Below are positions 45,182 through 55,706 of a stretch of DNA of 64,000 nt, in pieces. The stretch is from a virus (taxonomy: Duplodnaviria > Caudoviricetes), in the IMG/VR virus record IMGVR_UViG_3300037249_000698, positions 31,134 to 95,133 of that record; one strand, 5' to 3'. Both the position numbers and the translations under genes were made by a program. The notes under the pieces are model-generated. The model saw nothing but the letters and a program-made list of their open reading frames with translations. It made no database searches and was not told the origin of the DNA. Numbering within the stretch: position 1 is the stretch's first letter; each line of letters starts with the position of its first letter.

Positions 45182-48100
45182 TGGGTCATAGAAAACAGCG
45201 TGAAGCAGAACCAGTCAAATATTATGCGACTATGGAACAGGTGATTTGTATGTCACCTGTTGACGCTATTGTTGAAATTGAGATAAACAGCGAAAAGGCG
45301 TACACTAGACCTATTACTCAAAACGGTGGATTTTACATTGATAAACCCGAATTGTTTGGCGGTAAAAATTCTGAGGGTGGTGTGCAAGGTTGGTGTGAAG
45401 CAAGGTTCGGTCAACCGTGGCAGAACAAAAGTTCGTATCTAGCCGAAAAGGTCAATCATGTTTTAAGTGCTACAAGAGGCGTATTATCTGTTGTGGCTAA
45501 AAACTTTTATCTTGGCAATAATCCGTATGCAAAAGCGTGGAATTTCCGTATAAAGTCAACGTTGAAAAACTATGACTACTCTGATATGTGGTATAAGGAA
45601 AAGGCTACTATTGCTTACGGTTATAGTGGTGTTAAGTTTTCTGTTCTAAAAAAAGAAGATAACTCTAGTGGAAAGTATTGGCACATTACATCAAACCGAA
45701 ACAATGATGTTTTATTCGGTTTTCAAACTCATGCAAGTGTAACACCATTAACTTTATACTTTTCTGAATCTGCCGAATGTTATGATTATCGAGCAAGTAA
45801 TTTTAGCGTAAATGATACTCGTAAAATTACAAATCAAAAAATGATTTATGAAGTTGTTGGTGGTTATCCTCATCCCGATAATACGCCTGCTAAGATTATA
45901 TTCCCTATATCAAGCTCACAATACTATGACCGCAATAAATATGTTTCCGATAATTATCTTAACGATTTGACTAAACACGCTACAAACAGCTTTTCAATTC
46001 CGTTAGGTGGCTGTCCGTGGGCGAGTTATAACAACGGCAAGTGGATTGTAAAAGTTCCTACATCTGCAACAAACATTTCATACGTGTTCAATGCAGGTGT
46101 TCGTAGGATTGAGAGAGGCGGTCATTATGGCTCTAACGTTATCTATATACCTATTGACGGAACTATCGCAACTGAAAGCTCTAATTATCGCATGGTGTTT
46201 ACAGACGGTATTGTTGTCTACACAGGTAAACGGACTGATACTAACAACTTTGTTATCGAGGGTTATACCGTTCCCGACAACAGTACAACCAAACAAAATA
46301 CTCATGGTCATACCTTAACGACAGGCAGAAGTTTCTTTGCTACTACTGATACTATCTATGCTTTTGGCTGTGATAGTGAATACGCTCGTACCTACATCTT
46401 AATCAAAGACGAAAATAACAAATACAAGATACGTATCATTGATAGTGATACTTTTGGAATTATCGAAACGATTAACATTCACCCACTAGATACTTTTGTT
46501 CAAGACGATTGTTATTTCCTTTTAACTAAAACCTACATGGTTTGTGTTTGCGGTACTGATATAATCTCTATGAAACGCCACATTGAGATTAGGGGTAATT
46601 ATGACGATTCACAGTTAGACTACAATCCTGCTCACGCAATCCGTGAAGCAATCACAAGTAAAGTATGGGGTTTAGGTAAAGACGAAAGCGTTATTGACGA
46701 TGATAATTTTAAAGCGGTGGCTGATACTCTATACGAGGAAAAACTTGGCATATCATTTGTATTTGAAAGCTCTGATAAGGTCACTGATTTTATTCAGGAA
46801 GTTTTAAAAACAATCAACGGCGTTCTTAGAATTGACAGAGCAACAGGCAAGGTTCAGATTAAACTTTTACGTGCTGACTACGACCCTGCGGATTTACTGA
46901 CATTTGATACTACAAACGTTTTAGAAATCTCTAACGTTAAACGTACTGCTTTGAGTGAATGTATCAATCAAGTAACTTGTAAATACGTAAACTACAAAAC
47001 AGGTGAGCAAGCATCCCTCGTTTTACAAGACTTGGCTCTTATGCAAGCACAAGGCGAGACAATCAACGCAGACTTTGATTATAAATACGTATATTGGGCA
47101 GATACCGCAAATAAGTTAGCACAGAGAGATTTGTATGAAGCAAGTTCACAGTTCTTTAGCTGTAAATTACAAATCGGTTTAGTCGGTAGATTCTTAAATT
47201 TAGGCGATTGTATCAAGCTGAATTTCCCACATTTAGGTATAGAGAATTTAGTGTTCCGTGTACTGAAAATAACTTACGGTGGTTCTTCAAGTAACGAGAT
47301 TACTATCGACTTAATGCAAGATAAATTTTACATGCCGAATACTTTAGGTTATACACAATCCCAATCTGACATTCCTAGTCCGACTGCTACAACAGGCATC
47401 ACGTACTCAAATATCATAGAAATGCCGTATTATCTTTTGCATAAGTTCGGTGTTGACGTTGATTCTATGCTGACTAATACTAACGGCAACGGTGGCAAGG
47501 CAGGTTTCCTTATCAGTTCATGGGACACGCTTAAAATTGACGGTGTTATTCAGTTCTACGGTGGTGACAGCGGATGGACTAACATCGGCGATATGAGCAA
47601 GAATGATTTTGTAAGTACATGTGTATTAGCAAACAATGTTGATATTCTCGATGGAACTCTGCAATACATTCGTGCTAGTCAGTTATCGAAAGTCAACAGT
47701 TCTTACATCGGTTTCCTTGATGATGAGATTATCGGTATCGGTGAAATTGACAATGTAAACAGCGAAATTTATATTGCTCGTGGTTTATTTGATACTGTAC
47801 CGACAACTCATACCGCAGGTAGCGTTATTTATCTTGTTGCTATGACTGATACTGGTATTATAAATGCTAATACTATGTTAAACGTTCCTCACGAGTTCAG
47901 ATTACCTTATACTAAAGGTAACGAAACGCAGGACTTAAACGAAACATCTGTTCAGAGCATAACTTTTGATAGAAGATGTTATAGACCTTATCCAGTGGCT
48001 TGTTTAAAATGCTATAATGAGTTCTTTCCACCGTTTAAGAAATACGACATGTATTACAATAGTTCATTGACTTGGAAAGCACGTAACAGACTTACACAGC

Positions 48101-48531
48101 TTACAGATACATACTTACCGTGGATTAGCGATGATAATGTTACGGCTGAAAGTGGTATTTACTACGAGATTGTAATGACTAACGAAAGCGAGACAATTCA
48201 ATACACCTACGCTACACAGGACTTATCTACAACACAGGCAATTCCTTGTGACATTGAACAGTACGCAAAAATTAAAATGCGTACATACAGATATGAAAAC
48301 GGTCGCTACGTGTATAGTCAGCAGGCAGTAGTTATGGAGGGTGCATTACAGGATATTGTTCTTGAATTTGGTATAAATTCATACGCAACCCTTACATTAA
48401 AAAAGAACAGTAATTATCCTATCAGTGCTAGTATTGTTGATGGCGAGTTGGTTATTGAACTCAATGACAGTTTCCATACCACTTTTGAGGTTGATGAAGA
48501 TAACAATTTGTATAGAGTAATTGAACGATAG
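45181..48531 (+). CDS. Central tail hub / tail tip protein
   Basis: IDKPELFGG...EGGV.G, NPAH.IRE..T...WGLG and RGLFDT.P..H..G motifs. Confidence 0.88.
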   Translation: MGHRKQREAEPVKYYATMEQVICMSPVDAIVEIEINSEKAYTRPITQNGGFYIDKPELFGGKNSEGGVQGWCEARFGQPWQNKSSYLAEKVNHVLSATRGVLSVVAKNFYLGNNPYAKAWNFRIKSTLKNYDYSDMWYKEKATIAYGYSGVKFSVLKKEDNSSGKYWHITSNRNNDVLFGFQTHASVTPLTLYFSESAECYDYRASNFSVNDTRKITNQKMIYEVVGGYPHPDNTPAKIIFPISSSQYYDRNKYVSDNYLNDLTKHATNSFSIPLGGCPWASYNNGKWIVKVPTSATNISYVFNAGVRRIERGGHYGSNVIYIPIDGTIATESSNYRMVFTDGIVVYTGKRTDTNNFVIEGYTVPDNSTTKQNTHGHTLTTGRSFFATTDTIYAFGCDSEYARTYILIKDENNKYKIRIIDSDTFGIIETINIHPLDTFVQDDCYFLLTKTYMVCVCGTDIISMKRHIEIRGNYDDSQLDYNPAHAIREAITSKVWGLGKDESVIDDDNFKAVADTLYEEKLGISFVFESSDKVTDFIQEVLKTINGVLRIDRATGKVQIKLLRADYDPADLLTFDTTNVLEISNVKRTALSECINQVTCKYVNYKTGEQASLVLQDLALMQAQGETINADFDYKYVYWADTANKLAQRDLYEASSQFFSCKLQIGLVGRFLNLGDCIKLNFPHLGIENLVFRVLKITYGGSSSNEITIDLMQDKFYMPNTLGYTQSQSDIPSPTATTGITYSNIIEMPYYLLHKFGVDVDSMLTNTNGNGGKAGFLISSWDTLKIDGVIQFYGGDSGWTNIGDMSKNDFVSTCVLANNVDILDGTLQYIRASQLSKVNSSYIGFLDDEIIGIGEIDNVNSEIYIARGLFDTVPTTHTAGSVIYLVAMTDTGIINANTMLNVPHEFRLPYTKGNETQDLNETSVQSITFDRRCYRPYPVACLKCYNEFFPPFKKYDMYYNSSLTWKARNRLTQLTDTYLPWISDDNVTAESGIYYEIVMTNESETIQYTYATQDLSTTQAIPCDIEQYAKIKMRTYRYENGRYVYSQQAVVMEGALQDIVLEFGINSYATLTLKKNSNYPISASIVDGELVIELNDSFHTTFEVDEDNNLYRVIER

Positions 48532-48564
48532 AACAATGATTTATATAGAATAATGATTTATATA
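48531..48564. repeat. 17-bp tandem duplication
   Basis: gaacaatgatttatata gaataatgatttatata, upstream of GGTATAAT. Confidence 0.7.
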
Positions 48565-48577
48565 GAGTAGGTATAAT

Positions 48578-48964
48578 ATGACACAAATAAGAATACAAAT
48601 GCCGTGGCAGTTGGCATATAAAGGTGAGTGGAGTAATAATACCGCTTATCAACCGTTAGAGTATTGTACGTATCATAATGCTTTTTATGTGGCTAAAATT
48701 GCTAATAGCGGTTATCCACCTGACGTTGCCCCTACACAAGATACGTCATATCGACAGAATGACCAGTGGGGTTTGCAGGGTTGCTACATAAGACCGCTAC
48801 GTGACGATGCTACCGCTAGTTATATGAGTGTAATGCAACTGATAACTTATTGTGGGATGAGTCGTTATTCTATTGCTTACGGTTGGTATAGATTAAGTAA
48901 AACAGATTTTTTTAATAATTCTTATTTCAAAGACTTTTTCGGTGATATAACAAAGGGATATTAG
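48578..48964 (+). CDS. Virion/fibre-associated protein (carbohydrate-binding-type repeat)
   Basis: YKGEWSNNTAY.....Y motif. Confidence 0.6.
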   Translation: MTQIRIQMPWQLAYKGEWSNNTAYQPLEYCTYHNAFYVAKIANSGYPPDVAPTQDTSYRQNDQWGLQGCYIRPLRDDATASYMSVMQLITYCGMSRYSIAYGWYRLSKTDFFNNSYFKDFFGDITKGY

Positions 48965-48966
48965 AC

Positions 48967-50109
48967 ATGGCAAATACAAATACCATTACTATCGGCAAAA
49001 TAGGTTTTAACACTTACATTTATTCGTCAAGTGCTACATACGGCAAAAACGATGTTGTGCTTTATAACAACAGCATTTATCTGTGTATTCAAGATAATAG
49101 TCCTGCGTCAGATATTGACGATACTACTAAGTTTGTGCAGGCTATAAAAGGCATTACTCCTAAAGGTGCTTATGATAGTTCTGCTACATACGGCTTGAAC
49201 GATATAGTTATTTACAATGATAGTGCGTACATCTGTAAGACTGACGGTGTGACTGAATTACCTACTGATACAACTAAGTGGATGCAATTAGCAACGCCAT
49301 CGCTTAACTGCGGTTTCGGTATAAACAATCGTTATGCTTTATCTGCACCTGACAGTGACTTGTTAGCCTTGTGGAATTTGTTTCATAATGGCAGTATGGA
49401 TGGCGAACAGACTTTGTACGGAATGACGTTGGTAGACAATGATAAGGCTGTGCCTGTACTTGCTAATCCTGCACCTTATCACGATAGCTTAATTAAATAT
49501 CAGTTGTCAGCACAACCTAACAACACAGGTAAGTGCAACGATAGCGGTATTCACGTAAACATACCGAGCTTTGTAATGAACACCGTAGGCGATGAGAGAA
49601 CGTTCAGATTTTTAGTCTATTTTTCAAAATCGGGTACAAATGAATATTACATCCGCTTTGCAAGTCCTAGTAGATTATCTGCTGATTTCCCCGACACTAA
49701 CAGTTATGCGTTGCAATTTGGGGTAGGAGGTTATTATTATTGGATAACCTTACGTGGGGCAGATAGCGGTTATGATATTGTTGATAGTTCTTCAACTGTA
49801 GGTGTTCAATATTGGTACAATCTGATACGTGAAAACAACGTAAACGAATTTGTGTTTACTTTAAAACGTACATCTAACGGATATGACTATCAAGTATTTA
49901 TAAACGGTACAAAACAAAATTCAGGTTCATCAGGTTCAGGTACGAATAATAATGCTACAATCAGCGATATTTATTTAGGTACTTGTGCTAATAATTATTA
50001 CGAAAAAACATGGGATAGAGGTTTAATTCAGTTAGAGGTGTATAACGGCATCAAGTACACCGCAGACTACACACCTGAATTTAAGTTATTAAGCGAGCCT
50101 ACACCATGA
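48967..50109 (+). CDS. Receptor-binding/side-fibre protein with two N-terminal repeats and a LamG-like C-terminus
   Basis: Y.SSATYG.ND.V.YN.S.Y.C twice; YQVFING. Confidence 0.65.
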   Translation: MANTNTITIGKIGFNTYIYSSSATYGKNDVVLYNNSIYLCIQDNSPASDIDDTTKFVQAIKGITPKGAYDSSATYGLNDIVIYNDSAYICKTDGVTELPTDTTKWMQLATPSLNCGFGINNRYALSAPDSDLLALWNLFHNGSMDGEQTLYGMTLVDNDKAVPVLANPAPYHDSLIKYQLSAQPNNTGKCNDSGIHVNIPSFVMNTVGDERTFRFLVYFSKSGTNEYYIRFASPSRLSADFPDTNSYALQFGVGGYYYWITLRGADSGYDIVDSSSTVGVQYWYNLIRENNVNEFVFTLKRTSNGYDYQVFINGTKQNSGSSGSGTNNNATISDIYLGTCANNYYEKTWDRGLIQLEVYNGIKYTADYTPEFKLLSEPTP

Positions 50110-50282
50110 GTAGACAATTTATAATTTACGTTATTCGGTGGATTATAAGTGGATTTGTGATGTTGCCCTTTATGTTACTGTTTGAGTATTTAGGTATAAC
50201 CTTATCAGCAAACATTATCTTAGGGCAACTTATAGGTGCTTGTATCTTCTACAAAATTGACTCTTGGATTTTTAAATCATAA
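50106..50282 (+). CDS. 58-aa two-TM membrane protein
   Basis: MSRQFIIYVIRWIISG...GQLIGACIFYKIDSWIFKS; ATGA overlap with the upstream stop; below the ORF track cutoff. Confidence 0.65.
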   Translation: MSRQFIIYVIRWIISGFVMLPFMLLFEYLGITLSANIILGQLIGACIFYKIDSWIFKS

Positions 50283-51889
50283 GGTCGTTCAGTCGCAGGC
50301 ACAATCTTATCTAATAAGTTTTGTGCCTCATTTACATAATACTCGTAATCAATATTGTCTGTAATCGCTTGTAGTGGCTCAAAATCGCTCGCTATTGCAC
50401 AACAATCTCCTTTAGGTACTTTTCTACCATTGGCAAATCGCAGAGGGTTTAAATCGTAATCCTTTGCCCGATAAAAACGAATTACCTCATTTGTAGCAGT
50501 ACAATTAGCAATATTTAAGTAATCACATGGTAAACACTCCTTTAAATAATCTTTCGGCTCACCACCATGCTTTAATACGTTTAACACCATTTTATTTATT
50601 GCTAAACTGTTATTACTGCCACCCATGTCACGGTTCATACTGTAACTACCGATAGCCTTTATCTTGCCGTTGTTCTTAAACGTCATATAATTGTTTACGT
50701 CTTTTCCGTAATACTTTTCGTACACAGACTCCTCTAAAGTCAAGCCTGTTATGCTTTCCATGTGACGAGCTATTAGTGTACTGAAATTGTTATTATCGTC
50801 TATAAGGGTAAAGCCATCAGTGTTTATCGACAATACAGGCAATCCGTATTTCTCGCACATCTCTAGTATCATCAGAAGATAAAGCTGTCCTGTTAAGGTT
50901 ATCTGAATGAATACTTGCGGATTGTATAGGCGTGAATATGCGAACCCAGTTTTACCAAATGCAGAATTTAAAATAAGTTTTAAACCTTTTGCAAGCGTAG
51001 GATTTACATGTTTCATGGATAGTCTGTATTCACGCAATTTGTTATACATCGTTACAAAATGCTCGCCTAACAAACGCCTTAGACATTGGTCAGTACAAAT
51101 CAGACTAGGATAATATGAACCAAAATCCCAATCCTTTAAAATTGCATCTGCTGTAGAATGACCGTTTATACGAACATTAAATCCATGAATACCGCCTACA
51201 CCTATCGTTACTTCTGTGCCGTTTACGACAAATTTTTTAGGTAACGCCTTGTGAGTGACGCTACCGTTCTTAACGATAAAAGGCTCTGATAATATCTCAT
51301 CGAGAATAGCGTTCATTTGTGGTGTTTCAAACTTTAACGCTAGTGGCGGTTCATACTTGAATACCATTGTGGGTTGATTGTATGCAGTCTCTAAATTCGG
51401 TATAGTTTCAATTATTTCACTCGCAGGAGTATTGAGATAGTCCGTTCTGTATTCACGACTCAAATCTATCATCATGTTTACATCTTCGGTGAGATAATCG
51501 GTGTAAATTTTTAAAAGGTTTTGTGCCTCTAACGCACAGTTGTTCTTAATATTTCCTTTTAAGCTAACCTGCTCTATGCCTGCTCTGTAACAGGCAATCT
51601 TATACGATGCTTTCTGACCGTTCTGTTTTTTAACAAGATTAGTCATTCGCATGTTTATCGGCATTATCCCGAACGCTTTTTTACACCATACTGCTAAGTT
51701 CTTTTCCCATGATAATGCAATACATTTGTGATTAACAAAACTGCTTAATAAATGATAACTCTCAATATCTTGATTTAAAACAAAAAACTCTCTGTTAGTG
51801 TTGATTGCAAACAACATTGAATTGTCGCTTGTAACAGCACAACACCATTTTTCAAACTCTAAAAATTCACGTTCTAATTTGTAAATCAT
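50249..51889 (-). CDS. DNA polymerase, family B-like
   Basis: DFGSYYPS (motif A), K..LNS.FGK (motif B), NTDG (motif C), DVNNY. Confidence 0.88.
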   Translation of the reverse strand: MIYKLEREFLEFEKWCCAVTSDNSMLFAINTNREFFVLNQDIESYHLLSSFVNHKCIALSWEKNLAVWCKKAFGIMPINMRMTNLVKKQNGQKASYKIACYRAGIEQVSLKGNIKNNCALEAQNLLKIYTDYLTEDVNMMIDLSREYRTDYLNTPASEIIETIPNLETAYNQPTMVFKYEPPLALKFETPQMNAILDEILSEPFIVKNGSVTHKALPKKFVVNGTEVTIGVGGIHGFNVRINGHSTADAILKDWDFGSYYPSLICTDQCLRRLLGEHFVTMYNKLREYRLSMKHVNPTLAKGLKLILNSAFGKTGFAYSRLYNPQVFIQITLTGQLYLLMILEMCEKYGLPVLSINTDGFTLIDDNNNFSTLIARHMESITGLTLEESVYEKYYGKDVNNYMTFKNNGKIKAIGSYSMNRDMGGSNNSLAINKMVLNVLKHGGEPKDYLKECLPCDYLNIANCTATNEVIRFYRAKDYDLNPLRFANGRKVPKGDCCAIASDFEPLQAITDNIDYEYYVNEAQNLLDKIVPATERPYDLKIQESIL

Positions 51890-51896
51890 AAAACAC

Positions 51897-52115
51897 CTAT
51901 TTTGTGTAGCGGTAACTTAAATAACGATAGTGCCATTCTAAGAACAGCAGATATGATTTATAAGTTCTTTCACAATTAGGAAAATACGTTTTATAAAATA
52001 ATTCCTCCCATTCGTGGAACGAACGTACTATTTTCTTGTCACTAAAAACATCATCATTACAAACATAATAATCTTCTGCGGTATCATATTCAAATTCTAA
52101 TTCATCATTTATCAT
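51897..52115 (-). CDS. Hypothetical protein
   Basis: 72-aa ORF, GAGAG SD. Confidence 0.6.
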   Translation of the reverse strand: MINDELEFEYDTAEDYYVCNDDVFSDKKIVRSFHEWEELFYKTYFPNCERTYKSYLLFLEWHYRYLSYRYTK

Positions 52116-52130
52116 TTTGGCTCTCTAAAA

Positions 52131-52160
52131 TAAAAAAGGTATTTGTTTCCAAATACCTTT
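52131..52160 (-). terminator. Intrinsic terminator
   Basis: Minus strand aaaggtatttg-GAAA-caaatacc followed by T6. Confidence 0.7.
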
Positions 52161-52175
52161 AATATACCAAAAAAA

Positions 52176-52283
52176 TTATAATCTGTATAGTAAATCATAT
52201 TCGTTCTCGGACTTGTAAGAGAAAAAATATGCTTTAGTCACAGGTTTATAATCACCCGAATGTTTTAACAATTTAAAAAACAT
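52176..52283 (-). CDS. 35-aa small protein
   Basis: GAGGT SD, upstream TGTTATACT, downstream terminator; MFFKLLKHSGDYKP... Confidence 0.45.
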   Translation of the reverse strand: MFFKLLKHSGDYKPVTKAYFFSYKSENEYDLLYRL

Positions 52284-52337
52284 GATATACCTCACAAAAT
52301 TCTAACATTCTTAGTATAACACATTTTTAACAAAGTG

Positions 52338-52688
52338 TTAAATCATCTCATTTTGTTTTGAAAATCTTTGCGTTAATTCAGATACCATACTGGTATCTTC
52401 GATGATAAACTGTTTCCACAATTCAAATTGACTTTTGTACTTGTTTGCAATACGTATCAAAGTAACTAACGCTATTTCATCATGATCCTCTAACACTGTG
52501 TTATACAAGTCTAATACACTTTCTAATGCTAAATCTATAGCGTTTATATGACTGTTTATTTCATCTAATCTGCGTGATATATCTCTCGATAAAATGTCGG
52601 TCAATTTCTTAAACCGTTCTAATTTTTCTTCTTCGGTTAAATTCTCTGTATCAGTATCTAAAATCTTGTTGCTATCCATGTTCACCAC
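52338..52688 (-). CDS. Helical hypothetical protein
   Basis: GAGGTG SD; TTGACC-17-TATCAT promoter overlapping the divergent epimerase promoter. Confidence 0.7.
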   Translation of the reverse strand: MVNMDSNKILDTDTENLTEEEKLERFKKLTDILSRDISRRLDEINSHINAIDLALESVLDLYNTVLEDHDEIALVTLIRIANKYKSQFELWKQFIIEDTSMVSELTQRFSKQNEMI

Positions 52689-52767
52689 CTCTTGAAAAAA
52701 TAATAGTTTGATGATACACTATCAAAATATTGTGGTCAACAAATAAATATTATTTAAGGTGAACTTT

Positions 52768-53916
52768 ATGAAATTTGTCGTGGTAACAGGATTTCTCGGT
52801 TATATAGGTTTTAATCTTACTACTACTTTATTACGTTTAGGTTATAACGTCTTGGGTGTAGACAAGCGTAGAGAAAGCGGTGAACTCAAACGTTTTAATG
52901 ATAGAGTCGGCGGTTGTGAAAACGGCAACTTTATCGAGTTTACTTGTGACCTTACTCGACTTGATGAGGTTGAGGATTTGCTTAAATTCTGTAGAAAACA
53001 ACGTATCAAAAGTGATTGTTTTATTAACTTAGCATCTATGACTTCCGTTGCAGAAAGCATTAACAACCCTGCTCTCACAGTTGGCAATAACGTTCTTTTA
53101 CAATACCACGCTTTACGTATCGCCACACATTTAGGTTGCAATAGATTTATTCAGGCAGGTAGTATCATGGAATACGGTAGCTTTACAAACTTTACCGATA
53201 TTGATACTAGAGCATGGTCACCTTACGCATGGTCAAAGTCTTTACAAGAGGATATAATACGCTCATTCAATATGCTAGATTCGTTCGATACTCGTACAAT
53301 CATTATTTCTAATCCTGTCGGCTCTCTACCTGCCGTTGACCCTAGCGGAAATATGCTAGAAAGAAATATCTCAAAAGTGTTAAAATATGGCGGAGAGCTT
53401 GAATTGGCTGTTCAGAAAAATGGTAGGCGTGACTTAGTTTACACTCGTAATTTTATCAGTATGTATGAACTGATGGGTGTGTTTATAAATGCTATAACAA
53501 GTTGCGATTGTAAACAACGTAATGAAACAATGTTTGCTGTTGTGCCTAATCCGTATGATGATTGTATTGCATTACATTCTGTCGTATTATTCGGAGAGTT
53601 TTGCAATAGATATAACCGTAACAAACACTCATTTAAATACGTTAAACCGCAACAAGGTACATACAGTACAGCAGAACAGCCTTGCTTATTAACGCTAGAT
53701 AGACAGGCTTATCAGATGTATTTGAATGACATTCCTGACTTCTTGTTTGATGTGCCTAAATACTACAAGACATCCGAGCGTAAATATGCGATAGTCAGGG
53801 AAAAACTTAACACTATAAAAGAGACTTTAACAAAGTATGGCGATACCTGCGGTCAGGATAAAGCTAGGTTTGACCTGCTTTTAAACGCCATAAGAATTAA
53901 CTTAGGGAACAAATGA
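52768..53916 (+). CDS. NAD-dependent sugar epimerase/dehydratase (GalE-like SDR)
   Basis: VTGFLGYIG, NLASMTSVAESI..P, SPYAWSK (YxxxK). Confidence 0.85.
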   Translation: MKFVVVTGFLGYIGFNLTTTLLRLGYNVLGVDKRRESGELKRFNDRVGGCENGNFIEFTCDLTRLDEVEDLLKFCRKQRIKSDCFINLASMTSVAESINNPALTVGNNVLLQYHALRIATHLGCNRFIQAGSIMEYGSFTNFTDIDTRAWSPYAWSKSLQEDIIRSFNMLDSFDTRTIIISNPVGSLPAVDPSGNMLERNISKVLKYGGELELAVQKNGRRDLVYTRNFISMYELMGVFINAITSCDCKQRNETMFAVVPNPYDDCIALHSVVLFGEFCNRYNRNKHSFKYVKPQQGTYSTAEQPCLLTLDRQAYQMYLNDIPDFLFDVPKYYKTSERKYAIVREKLNTIKETLTKYGDTCGQDKARFDLLLNAIRINLGNK

Positions 53917-54386
53917 TGGATTATCAAATACCTTTTTCAAATGTTATTGATGATTTTTTACAGAATAAAGAATGTTTAGAAACGTTTTTAGATTGCCTTG
54001 ATATATCAGAATTAAAAGGCTTAACCGACCTCCGAGGCGAGATTTTTGATTGGGATGAATTTGCTAGACTTGCACAATCCGACAAATACATTGACGGTTT
54101 TGTTATCAAAAATAATGATGTGAGAATTTACGTTATCAATCCTAGCAAACAGTATATAAAGTTTTGGGGGCATCGTAATTTCTTTACATGGCGGTTAGCT
54201 CAAAGACAAAACTATAAGCGTGACGGAACTATTAAATACGTTCTAAACTTTATCTTTAAAAATGAGTTTAACAAAATTGAACATTTTGATACCATAGACA
54301 ATTTCTATGTGATAAACTTCTACATGAACAATGCTAATGAAAATGTTAAGAATTGGCTTAATGCTATTTATAATTTTGAGTCATAA
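53913..54386 (+). CDS. Hypothetical protein
   Basis: 157-aa ORF coupled to the epimerase. Confidence 0.7.
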   Translation: MMDYQIPFSNVIDDFLQNKECLETFLDCLDISELKGLTDLRGEIFDWDEFARLAQSDKYIDGFVIKNNDVRIYVINPSKQYIKFWGHRNFFTWRLAQRQNYKRDGTIKYVLNFIFKNEFNKIEHFDTIDNFYVINFYMNNANENVKNWLNAIYNFES

Positions 54387-54401
54387 AATAAAGGATATGT
54401 T

Positions 54402-55532
54402 ATGAAATTAAAAGAACTTAATTCAGTTTTACAAGACTATTATTCTAAAGTTATCGGTGCGGTAGGCAAAGAGGGTATTCCAAAGAATATCAAGATTACC
54501 GTTGCCGATGGCAAAGTCAGTTTTCAGTGTACCGATGTTGAAATCAGTCTTACTGTTACCGAGCCAATCCATGATAATGCTATCGACAGTTGCGAAGATG
54601 GTATCGTGTGTATTGACGGAAAAACTTTCGGTGATATTCTGAAAAAACTGCCAAAAGAAAATTATGTCACAATCAAATCAAATGATAACGACAAGGTTAC
54701 AATCTCTAGCGGTAAGTTCCGTAACAGTATCAAGTCAGTCGATAGTAGCTTATATCCTGCTATCGAACTTTCTCAAAATCAGCCGTATAATACTGCCGTT
54801 GTTAATGCCAAAAAGTTATCAGTATTACTGGATAAACAGAAATTCTGTATTGCTTCTGATAGCTATCGCATATTCCTAAGAGGTGCGTTTTTTAATTTTG
54901 ATGGTAAGCAAATGAGGTTATCTACCGCAGACGGTCACTTATTGTCTAACTCTACAATCCCTTGTGAGACTGCAAACGAGTTTAGTTTTATTCTCCCTAA
55001 AAAGTCAGTAGACAATCTTGTTCAGCTACTTAATAACACAAATTCAGAAGATGTTACAATCAACGTTGCTCAAAACGGCATCAGAGTGATACAAGATAAC
55101 ATCGAGTTCTTATCCGTTCTGATAGACGCTAATTACCCTGATGTTACCACACTGTTTAATTTTACAAAGGATAAATCTATTACTGTAAACTGTAAAGAAT
55201 TTACCGATGTGATTAAGAGAGCGTTGATTACTACAAACAATCTTAATAAAGCAATTCAGCTAAAATCTTCCGGTGAAACATTGACTATTTCAAGTCGTAA
55301 CACATCAGGCGAACAGTCGGAGGAAACAATTAGTGTTATTCCTAACGGTAAAGATTTTGACATAGCGTTTAACGGTGAATATCTAATCAATATCATTAGC
55401 AAGATAGATACAGAGGATTGTGAGTTGATAGGTGGTAATTCAAACAATGTTATTGTTAAACCTTGCAACGCTAGTGAAGATACAAACTTTACAGACAATA
55501 TCAACTTTGTGATAAGCCGTGTTGTAATTTAA
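54402..55532 (+). CDS. dnaN: DNA polymerase III beta sliding clamp
   Basis: 376 aa; TDVEISL, TADGHLL, ILPKK, LIDANYPD, IAFNGEYL. Confidence 0.92.
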   Translation: MKLKELNSVLQDYYSKVIGAVGKEGIPKNIKITVADGKVSFQCTDVEISLTVTEPIHDNAIDSCEDGIVCIDGKTFGDILKKLPKENYVTIKSNDNDKVTISSGKFRNSIKSVDSSLYPAIELSQNQPYNTAVVNAKKLSVLLDKQKFCIASDSYRIFLRGAFFNFDGKQMRLSTADGHLLSNSTIPCETANEFSFILPKKSVDNLVQLLNNTNSEDVTINVAQNGIRVIQDNIEFLSVLIDANYPDVTTLFNFTKDKSITVNCKEFTDVIKRALITTNNLNKAIQLKSSGETLTISSRNTSGEQSEETISVIPNGKDFDIAFNGEYLINIISKIDTEDCELIGGNSNNVIVKPCNASEDTNFTDNINFVISRVVI

Positions 55533-55549
55533 TTAAATCTGAATAATAA

Positions 55550-55592
55550 AAACCCTCTCGCATTAAACATGTTTGAGAGGGTTTATTTTTTT
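55550..55592 (+). terminator. Intrinsic (probably bidirectional) terminator
   Basis: aaaccctctc/gagagggttt flanked by A- and T-runs. Confidence 0.8.
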
Positions 55593-55634
55593 GCACATCT
55601 ATGTAAGGTCATTATATCACGTATTCATCAAAAC

Positions 55635-55706
55635 AAAAAAGGCGAGTACGCCAATACTCACCTTTAACACTTTAGGAATATATATGTCTAATTTAACTGA
55701 TTTACA
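55635..55706 (-). ncRNA. Candidate antisense sRNA C
   Basis: Minus strand TTGCAT-16-TATAAT (55740-55713, extended -10); body antisense to TAGGAATATATATGTCTAATTTA; terminator ggtgagta/tactcgcc-T6. Confidence 0.6.
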
